Source: a virus | IMG/VR virus record: IMGVR_UViG_3300009008_000003 | Direction: 5' to 3' (one strand) | DNA length: 64,000 bases | Shown here: positions 37,256 through 44,440 of the stretch, piece after piece | Layout of the letters: each line of letters begins with the position of its first letter | How positions within the stretch are numbered: the first letter of the stretch is position 1 | Made by a program: the position numbers and the translations under genes | Notes under the pieces: generated by a model | What the model was told of the DNA's origin: nothing | The model's input: only the letters and a program-made list of their open reading frames with translations | Databases searched by the model: none

Positions 37256-37700
37256 TTACGAACCAGAGACAATCGATCATCTGTTCCCTGAACTGGACCA
37301 AACAGACAAAGAAAAACTTAATGCTCTTAAAGTTATTAAGAACGTTGACTCTTTCTTTGACGACATGCATATTTTTGAAAAATGCGTGCTAGCCGTAAAT
37401 GATATAATTCCAGATTTTGGGTTTGTGGAAGGATGCCAACCTGAACATATTTGGTATACAGTATCTTTGGCATCAAAGTTACGACCTAAAAAAAGCTATT
37501 CCTGGGAAGTGCAAAAGTACTGTCAATATTTATTTAATGAAAACGGTGTTTATATTTATCCGCCACAATTTACTAAGCTAGATAATAATGTATTTAATAC
37601 TATAATTGCCAAACTGCGCACCGTAATGTCAGGCCATCTAAATATACAGCGTGACAAATACTTAGCTATTCAGTTATATATAGAACGAAAGAATCAATAA
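37239..37700 (+). CDS. Hypothetical head-module protein
   Basis: Overlap-coupled; directly before the portal. Confidence 0.6.
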   Translation: MLKTDNYEPETIDHLFPELDQTDKEKLNALKVIKNVDSFFDDMHIFEKCVLAVNDIIPDFGFVEGCQPEHIWYTVSLASKLRPKKSYSWEVQKYCQYLFNENGVYIYPPQFTKLDNNVFNTIIAKLRTVMSGHLNIQRDKYLAIQLYIERKNQ

Positions 37701-39574
37701 TGCCTACAGTTTCTCAATTAACAGGAACGTCTGGTAGTGTAACTACTACACAAAGACAAAAATATCCTAACCCGTTTTTTGATCTGTCGAAGGATTATAT
37801 TCCGTCTACAATTAAAAAACTGTTTAAGTACTGTAGAAGCTTTTTTTATAAGAACGAGTTTATAAATTCGGTTATCTATAAACTTGCTGAATATCCTATT
37901 ACTGATTTTATCTACGAAAAGATAGAAAAGCAAGAAACCAAAGATCGTTATCGTGAGTTATTTGGGCATCATTTAAAATTAAAATCCTTGCTCATTGAAA
38001 TTGGTCTTGATTACATGACCTTCGGTAACTGTTTTGTTTCTGCTAATATGGATTTTAAGAGATATCTTGGGTGTCACGGATGTGGAGAATGGTTTCCATT
38101 TAGAGAAGTAAAAAAAATAAAATTAAAACAATGGAAATTCCACGGAACATGCCACAAGTGCAATAAAGAGGGATATTTTAAAGTAGATGATAAGGTAGAT
38201 AAACACCCTAATAATCTTAATTTTATTAGATGGGCTCCTGAAAATATAGATGTACTATATGATCCGTTTACAGGAAAATCTAGATACTTTTATAATATAA
38301 CTAAAAGAACCCAAGGCTTAATTCAAAAAAATGAGCGATATACACTTGAGCATACCCCAATGCTGTTCATGAAAGCTCTAAAAGATAAAAAGAAAATTGA
38401 GCTAAATAAAGATAATCTATACCACTTTAAACGCCACACCCTGGCAGAAGAAGATATGGGTTGGGGTAAACCCATGTTATTGCCAGCGCTATCTTTAATT
38501 TGGTACATGCAAACACTTCGTAGAGGAAACGAAGCCATTGCAGTAGAACACATTATTCCTATGCGAGCAATTTACCCAGCGGCGCAAGGAACAATGGATC
38601 CATATTCAGGAATGAATTTAGGAAAGTGGCGCAATAAAATTGAAGCTCAAATACTTAATTGGAGAAAAGACCCAAACCATGTTGGTATCTTCCCTATACC
38701 TATAGGCTATCAATCGCTTGGTGGGGACGCTAGAGCTCTTATGGTGACTCCTGAGCTTAAGTTCCTAGAAGAGAATATTATATCTTCACTAGGCGTACCT
38801 GTTGAATTTGTTAAAGGTGGGGCTAGCTGGACTGGATCATCGATTTCATTAAGGATCGTAGAGAATCATTTCTTATCGTATAGAGAGCAACTTTTAGATT
38901 TTATAAACTATTTTGTAGTGCCAACTGTTAAAAAGTTTCTTGATTATCCAGATGTTGCTATTAAATTCAAACGCTTCAGAATGTCTGACGACAGCGAAAG
39001 CAAGCGTATTATGTTAGAACTTGCGCAACTGAACAAGATTAGCGATAGTAAATTACTAGATGAATTTGGATATGATGTTACAGAAGATCTAGCTCAGCGT
39101 GAATTAGAAATTGTACATAAAAAAGATCTAATGGGTAAAACTACTGAAGCCGAAGCAGAAGTACAACAAAGTGTACAGATATTAACAGCACGTTCTCAGG
39201 CTAGAGCGGAGTGGGCATTTAATGACGAGAAACTTAAAATAGATGAAGAAATGTTCCAGGAAGAGCTAACTAAAGAAGGTTTACCAGAAGAAGCTGAGCC
39301 TTCAAAGCAAATTCATATGTTAGCTCTCAAAATTTTCTCCTTACCAGAAGCGCAACAAATTAAAGTATTGCAAGAGCTGTTAACGCAGAAGCCAATAACC
39401 TTTAGTTTAGTGCGTAAAAGAATGGGTGCTATACAAGAGTTCATGATGGCTTCTATGCCACAAACTGTGGCAGCTGAGCAAGAAGCCGCCGCGCAAGATG
39501 TTAAACGTGAACAGATACAGGCTAAAAAAGTTAAACCGGAAAAACATACAGGCCAAAAAAGAGGTACTCCGTAA
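37700..39574 (+). CDS. Portal protein with zinc-ribbon insertion
   Basis: EIGLDYMTFGNCFVS, WAPENIDV, LYHFK..GWGKP, helical C-terminal crown; insertion CHGC..CHKC. Confidence 0.75.
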   Translation: MPTVSQLTGTSGSVTTTQRQKYPNPFFDLSKDYIPSTIKKLFKYCRSFFYKNEFINSVIYKLAEYPITDFIYEKIEKQETKDRYRELFGHHLKLKSLLIEIGLDYMTFGNCFVSANMDFKRYLGCHGCGEWFPFREVKKIKLKQWKFHGTCHKCNKEGYFKVDDKVDKHPNNLNFIRWAPENIDVLYDPFTGKSRYFYNITKRTQGLIQKNERYTLEHTPMLFMKALKDKKKIELNKDNLYHFKRHTLAEEDMGWGKPMLLPALSLIWYMQTLRRGNEAIAVEHIIPMRAIYPAAQGTMDPYSGMNLGKWRNKIEAQILNWRKDPNHVGIFPIPIGYQSLGGDARALMVTPELKFLEENIISSLGVPVEFVKGGASWTGSSISLRIVENHFLSYREQLLDFINYFVVPTVKKFLDYPDVAIKFKRFRMSDDSESKRIMLELAQLNKISDSKLLDEFGYDVTEDLAQRELEIVHKKDLMGKTTEAEAEVQQSVQILTARSQARAEWAFNDEKLKIDEEMFQEELTKEGLPEEAEPSKQIHMLALKIFSLPEAQQIKVLQELLTQKPITFSLVRKRMGAIQEFMMASMPQTVAAEQEAAAQDVKREQIQAKKVKPEKHTGQKRGTP

Positions 39575-39735
39575 TGGAAAAGTATGGTACTTATAGAGTC
39601 TTTAGGCATAAAGAAACTGGGGAAATTAAAAGATACCCAGAAGCAGAAATGCGAGAAAGGGGTATAGAAAAAACAGCCGAGCTTTCTGAAGGTTGGGAAG
39701 AGTTAGAAGAGGAACCAGAAGATGTACAGAAATAA
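39574..39735 (+). CDS. 53-aa acidic protein below the ORF-track cutoff
   Basis: TAATG overlap with the portal stop; MEKYGTYRVFRHKETGEIKRYPEAEMRERGIEKTAELSEGWEELEEEPEDVQK*. Confidence 0.7.
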   Translation: MEKYGTYRVFRHKETGEIKRYPEAEMRERGIEKTAELSEGWEELEEEPEDVQK

Positions 39736-40759
39736 ACTTTTAATAAGTTTGCTCCTTATTTTCTTTATATCATGTTCTGCTTTTTCTCAAATAACATTCG
39801 AAGATCACATTCCACTAGCGCCCCCTTTACTTGAGACAAGCTGGCATCAGAAAGCGCCTTATAATCAGGCTTGTCCAGCAGACTCTAACGGTTATAGTGG
39901 TCATGTGCCTACGGGTTGCGTACCACTGGCAATAGCGCAGGTAATGAACTATTATAAACTGCCGTTGATGGGTTATGGTACAGCCACTACTAACACCGTA
40001 TACGGCGAACTAACTGCTGAAATAGGGCGTACTCCTATAAGATGGAACGACACAAAGGGTATAGCAACTTTACTCTACCATGTAGGTATAAGTTATGGGG
40101 CTAACTACGGGCACGAGGGAATGGCCGGACATCCCAATCCACGTGTTACTTCGACTAACATAGGATCCGTGCCTACGAATTGTTACACATACTGGAATTA
40201 CCAGTATAATGTTAAGAACATTAACGAGGGGGCATATGATGATAGCACATGGCACGCTATGCTGCAAGAAGAACTCCTTAAAAAGAGGCCAGTTGTATAT
40301 GGTGGCGGTGGTCACTCCTTTATTATAGATGGGTACGATCGCTCCTGGGATGGCACTCCTAAGTACCATGTAGTATGGGGAGCGGGGGGGTCGTGGGATG
40401 GTTGGTATACTCTAGACGACTTGACTCCCGGCCCGTTTGATTTTACCAATAATCAACATATGTTGCAAAACTTTTACCCCAGAGAAAAGTGTCTGCTATA
40501 CCCGCATGATAATATTATAAATGTACCAGATAAAAATACCTTATTTATATGGAGAGATATAGGCGACCGATATACCTTACTGGTAAATGATTACCCAAGT
40601 TTTAGGATGCCTATTCTTAGAGTACAAGATTTAACTACACCCGTATACTTTACCAATTATCTAGAGCCAAATACCATTTACTATTGGAAAGTATATATTT
40701 ACGGCGGGGATAATGAAGGCTGGTCAAGAATGCATACCTTTAAAACGGTGGAGCAATGA
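39722..40759 (+). CDS. Secreted C10-family (streptopain-like) cysteine protease without propeptide
   Basis: Signal peptide; PLLETSWHQ..PYN..CP; TGCVPLAIAQVMNYY (Cys); GGHSFIIDGY (His); YHVVWG..GSWDGWY; C-terminal FN3-like segment. Confidence 0.88.
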   Translation: MYRNKLLISLLLIFFISCSAFSQITFEDHIPLAPPLLETSWHQKAPYNQACPADSNGYSGHVPTGCVPLAIAQVMNYYKLPLMGYGTATTNTVYGELTAEIGRTPIRWNDTKGIATLLYHVGISYGANYGHEGMAGHPNPRVTSTNIGSVPTNCYTYWNYQYNVKNINEGAYDDSTWHAMLQEELLKKRPVVYGGGGHSFIIDGYDRSWDGTPKYHVVWGAGGSWDGWYTLDDLTPGPFDFTNNQHMLQNFYPREKCLLYPHDNIINVPDKNTLFIWRDIGDRYTLLVNDYPSFRMPILRVQDLTTPVYFTNYLEPNTIYYWKVYIYGGDNEGWSRMHTFKTVEQ

Positions 40760-40944
40760 TTGGCGATAATGTTGAAAAGAGGGTTGCATTCTTTAATCTG
40801 TCTAAACCAGAAGATAAAAAAGAATACGAAGAGATACTCAATGACCCCGAATGCGAGGTGGAGAAAGAACAGTTTAAATATTCTACCCCGTCTACTAAAC
40901 AAGCTGAACCTTTGGTCACTGTTTGGTATAGAAAAAATAAATAA
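40756..40944 (+). CDS. Small hypothetical protein
   Basis: 62 aa, ATGA overlap; last gene before the terminator. Confidence 0.65.
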   Translation: MIGDNVEKRVAFFNLSKPEDKKEYEEILNDPECEVEKEQFKYSTPSTKQAEPLVTVWYRKNK

Positions 40945-40971
40945 AAGAAGGAGCCACATGGCTCCTTTTTC
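40943..40971 (+). terminator. Intrinsic terminator ending the plus-strand operon (possibly bidirectional)
   Basis: AAGGAGCC-acat-GGCTCCTT followed by T-tract; A-rich on the other side. Confidence 0.8.
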
Positions 40972-40991
40972 AATACGCGGAATTCCATTTA

Positions 40992-41004
40992 TCTTATACC
41001 CTAT
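40992..41004 (-). promoter_or_regulatory. Phage promoter-like motif, copy 3 (TAGGGTATAAGA)
   Basis: Just downstream of the minus-strand terminator at 41013-41041. Confidence 0.55.
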
Positions 41005-41012
41005 TATAGCGT

Positions 41013-41041
41013 AAAAAAAGAGGGTACACGCGTACCCTCTT
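41013..41041 (-). terminator. Intrinsic terminator ending the retron/GT operon
   Basis: AAGAGGGTAC-N4-GTACCCTCTT with minus-strand T7. Confidence 0.8.
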
Positions 41042-41181
41042 AAATCTTTTTATTATAAAATTCTATCTCAGGACTTCAGTGCAAATGCTGTGGAAACCCT
41101 TTTCTTTCGTCTTAACGACTCTTTTTCTAAATATTATCTTTATAATTTATATTTTGAGATATCATTATATAACGTAACTTA

Positions 41182-41544
41182 TCAATCAATCAAATCTATG
41201 AAAATTACAACTTCTATAAATCTTTCACCTTCTATGTAATTAAGTTCATAACAAGAATTTTTTGGTATTAAAGAATTTTTTGGTATTAAACCTGTTTCTA
41301 TAAGCTCTTCGTACCATTTTATTATAGAATCTTCTGGCATTCCTTTATCTACTTCTACTAAGCCTGCTTTAGCTTTCACCCTAAGGCCTGTTTCGTCATC
41401 AATAAATATACATGCCTTCACTTTACCGATAGCGGGTATAAGTGATAGGTAGCTAGGAGGTATTACGTAATCTGTGCCCTTGTGATTTTTTAGATGGGTG
41501 GACAGCACATCATACATTTTTCTTAAGTCTGCAAATTGGTCCAT
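41182..41544 (-). CDS. Hypothetical protein with an 18-bp tandem duplication (41253-41288; LIPKNS x2)
   Basis: TAATG-coupled to the GT stop. Confidence 0.65.
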   Translation of the reverse strand: MDQFADLRKMYDVLSTHLKNHKGTDYVIPPSYLSLIPAIGKVKACIFIDDETGLRVKAKAGLVEVDKGMPEDSIIKWYEELIETGLIPKNSLIPKNSCYELNYIEGERFIEVVIFIDLID

Positions 41545-42914
41545 TATACATATTTCCTAATTATGGTTAATAACTTATCTCTCTTGTCTTGCCAGTCAAA
41601 ATCTTTTTTCATCCTGTCAAGCGCTGGTTGATTTCTAATTTTCTTTCTACCATTAGCCACCCAAGCTTCATAGTGCTCTGTTAAAGTATCTATTAACTTA
41701 GGCATGCTTACCACAGGTCTCATATGGCCATTATCCATTGCCATTGAGAAAATGCCTGCATTATCTACAAAAGATCCTGGAGGACCCAAGATCTCTCTCA
41801 TAACGGAATTTTTAGGAGCTATTGTGGTTGTAGCTGTAGCCGAAGCTTCACCTAAAGAAAATCCAAACCCTTCACCTATTGCCGTTGTAAGATTGATGTC
41901 AGCCATATTATAAAGCTCATTTAGCTCTTGTTCGCTAAGCGGTTTAGAGTACGGTGATTCTTTTCTTAACAATAGGTTAACCCCTACTTCTGGTTGTAAC
42001 CACCCGGCATTAGAAGCCGATGCAGTTAAAAGACATCCTGGTGGAGGACCCATCATCATTTCATGGTTAGCTGCATGTATGTAAATACCTATGTCAAAAG
42101 TTCCTGGTACTACATCAGCTATATCTTCTGGACCACACCCGTTCAGGGAGCACTTATGTTCATTTATTGGGTAGTAGAACCCACAATTACATTTATTATA
42201 CCCATAAAACAGCATTGAGGTAGCAGTCAACGTTAATAGCATTTGTTTTCTTGGTTGGAATCTATTGTTGTTTATAATCATAAACTTATCATCCCAGCCA
42301 TGTTTTTTGCGTAATTCTTCTACAGTGTTTTCTGGTAGCGGGTGGAAAGCTTTAAAATCTATACCGTGAGCCAACGTATGAATTTCTTTTTGGCCCGATA
42401 CAGGAATAGCTGCTCTTATTTCATCTGCTGCCCAATCTGTATATGTAATTACTTCTTGTACCATATCAAAAATCTGTTCAGATTCTTTTACTTTGCCCTT
42501 TTGAAAAAGAGTGTTCCATGCCTTATTATAAGGATGTCCATCTACAGGAAAATAAGTGATTACTGGTACATTGATATCGTTCTGCCGTACTACTTTTATA
42601 GCATTCTCTATATTAAAAATATCTTGGAATAAGATAATCAGATCTGCTTTAAAGTCTTTCATAATGTGAGGCAGTTTTTTGTACCCGAAAGGATCACCTT
42701 GGTCAATGCCGTAGATAAACCATTTAGTAGTATCGTATCTTTTTAGACCATGTTCGTTTATTCCCAGAAATCCTACTTCATATTTTTTGTGTAGTTCTGA
42801 AAATAGGTTCTTAGATACAATACCAAAGCCGGTGGGTACATTAGGAGAGTCTCCCCAAATTAATACTCGTTTCTTAGTTTTCTGTACTGCTTTCGGTGTT
42901 TTAGTTTTTGCCAT
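41544..42914 (-). CDS. GT-B fold (GT4-like) glycosyltransferase with Cys-rich insertion
   Basis: VLIWGDSPNVPTGFG, HGIDFKAFHP, NNNRFQPRKQ, LNELYNMADINLTTAIGEGFGFSLGEA; insertion CNC..C..GC. Confidence 0.88.
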   Translation of the reverse strand: MAKTKTPKAVQKTKKRVLIWGDSPNVPTGFGIVSKNLFSELHKKYEVGFLGINEHGLKRYDTTKWFIYGIDQGDPFGYKKLPHIMKDFKADLIILFQDIFNIENAIKVVRQNDINVPVITYFPVDGHPYNKAWNTLFQKGKVKESEQIFDMVQEVITYTDWAADEIRAAIPVSGQKEIHTLAHGIDFKAFHPLPENTVEELRKKHGWDDKFMIINNNRFQPRKQMLLTLTATSMLFYGYNKCNCGFYYPINEHKCSLNGCGPEDIADVVPGTFDIGIYIHAANHEMMMGPPPGCLLTASASNAGWLQPEVGVNLLLRKESPYSKPLSEQELNELYNMADINLTTAIGEGFGFSLGEASATATTTIAPKNSVMREILGPPGSFVDNAGIFSMAMDNGHMRPVVSMPKLIDTLTEHYEAWVANGRKKIRNQPALDRMKKDFDWQDKRDKLLTIIRKYV

Positions 42915-43107
42915 CTTCTTCCTTTATATTAAAATATTCATTTATTAATTTTAAATATTCTTTGCTAGTTATTCTCTGTCCTATATTGATTAGTTCATCT
43001 GGCAGATCTAGCATATCATCTCCACTATTAATTGTATAATTAATTAGCTGATTTGTCAATAAGAGCACGCCGTCTATTGAGTCTAAGATGGCGGATAATT
43101 TTGCCAT
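42901..43107 (-). CDS. 68-aa protein immediately downstream of the retron RT (candidate retron partner)
   Basis: SD GAGAGG; starts 8 nt after the RT stop; overlaps the GT start. Confidence 0.7.
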   Translation of the reverse strand: MAKLSAILDSIDGVLLLTNQLINYTINSGDDMLDLPDELINIGQRITSKEYLKLINEYFNIKEEDGKN

Positions 43108-43114
43108 AGGCCTC

Positions 43115-43945
43115 TCATGTGTTAATTTGTATCCCTTCTAATTGCTTCTCTAACTTTTCGCCATGTAATGGATTAAGCTGTTTAATCCAGGCTACTTTTC
43201 CACTTAACACTTGATGTTCTTTTTTACTGATTGTCTTACCTTCTAGATTATGTAGCTGCGCTCTTAAATTTCGTCTTTTTGTACGTGATATGTTGGGCTT
43301 TTCATTTACTACTACGCCCGTGACAGACATTCTTTTATGTTGCCTTTGTACCTTAATTTTCTTTTGGTTTAACTTAAAGCCGTTTAGTTCTAATAGTTTC
43401 TTAATAACTGGGATGATCTTAGGAAGATCCATATTAGTTTTTGACGAGCATACTATATCATCTGCGTATCTCGTTATAACACAATCAAAATCGTGCTGTA
43501 GTTCTTGTAATTTTTTATCCACTCCTAACAGGATTAGATTCCCGATGGCGGGGGAAGTACATGCTCCTTGTGGACAATGCCCTTTGTATGTTACCATTTT
43601 TACTAGATCATCTATATCGTTCTTCGTACTAACCTTCTTGAGTGATAATAGGTATTCAAAAAGTCTTTTTACTTTAGCCTCCGTCAAAGAAGGAAAGAAA
43701 TCTTTAATATCTAATTTTACTAATATTTTTGCGCCCACGTGATACTTCGCGTTGGATAGCGGACTTCTATTTTTAATGAAACCGTGCGCTATGGGGTGGG
43801 CTGAAAATTTGTATAGGAAATTATATAATATATCATATTGCATTTTTGCTGTTTCTTCATCCGGGGCATTAATCTCTCTATGCCCTCCTCTTCGTTTTGG
43901 AATCCGAAACGTTTTATAATTTATAGCGGACAAATCAATCTTCAT
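43115..43945 (-). CDS. ret: Retron-type reverse transcriptase (RT core only, 276 aa)
   Basis: IPKRRGGHREI, HGF, region X NAKYH, LDIKDFFPS, PQGACTSP, TRYADD, region Y VTGVVV; SD AGGAG. Confidence 0.93.
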   Translation of the reverse strand: MKIDLSAINYKTFRIPKRRGGHREINAPDEETAKMQYDILYNFLYKFSAHPIAHGFIKNRSPLSNAKYHVGAKILVKLDIKDFFPSLTEAKVKRLFEYLLSLKKVSTKNDIDDLVKMVTYKGHCPQGACTSPAIGNLILLGVDKKLQELQHDFDCVITRYADDIVCSSKTNMDLPKIIPVIKKLLELNGFKLNQKKIKVQRQHKRMSVTGVVVNEKPNISRTKRRNLRAQLHNLEGKTISKKEHQVLSGKVAWIKQLNPLHGEKLEKQLEGIQINT

Positions 43946-44087
43946 ATTACTCCTAGTTTTACTTGGGGCCGAGTCTTTTTGTTACGGCCCGCGAGCGTAA
44001 ACGTGCCCAGTTGGTGGGCCCGTTTATCAGCTTGTTAACTTTTTAGCCACCCCCTAAGGTAGGCGGCTAACTATTAATTTACTTATT

Positions 44088-44418
44088 AAGACGTTACGTC
44101 TCATCTACTTTGAATTCTAAAACTATCCTTTATACTTGTTGTAAGCACTATATACGTTCATCTACTGATCGCGGAATTGAATCCATACGGAGCGAAGCAC
44201 TCCATTGATTCGCTATAAAGGAGGAGTTGCACTAAATATTTTACTTGTAATTCTTTAGGGAATTAGCACTTGGGGGCCAGGATCCCAGGTAGCTTTACTT
44301 GTGAATGCTAAAAAGTTTAGGTGATAACGCTTTAGCATGAACTAGTTTGTTACCCGGGATCCTGGCTATCGTGCCTTCTTATGTCGTGGACTTTGTGCTA
44401 GAAAAGACGTAACATCTT
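44088..44418 (-). ncRNA. Retron msr-msd-like ncRNA (about 331 nt)
   Basis: Long-range inverted repeat 44418-44399 / 44107-44088 (20 positions: 17 Watson-Crick, 2 G.U, 1 U-U), followed directly by G44398 in UAGC context; internal long hairpin 44276-44366; directly upstream of a retron RT. Confidence 0.75.
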
Positions 44419-44440
44419 TTATGGATGGATTCTAAAATAT

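Noticed and set aside
40740-40988. 82-aa minus-strand ORF starting just after motif copy 3
   Set aside because: It runs through a terminator hairpin and is antisense to the 62-aa plus-strand gene; F/L/S-rich shadow-like translation.
41253-41288. 18-bp tandem repeat
   Set aside because: An in-frame two-copy duplication (LIPKNS x2); no evidence of a wider array or function.
40085-41441. Plus-strand GGTATAAG cores at about 40085 and 41435
   Set aside because: They lie inside coding sequence and lack the upstream T(A/G)(T/G) of the intergenic consensus; treated as chance matches.
43115-43945. RT as a diversity-generating retroelement, group II intron or CRISPR-associated RT
   Set aside because: It has retron regions X (NAKYH) and Y (VTG) and an a1/a2-type ncRNA. 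I saw no TR/VR pair, no maturase or endonuclease domain, and no cas genes.
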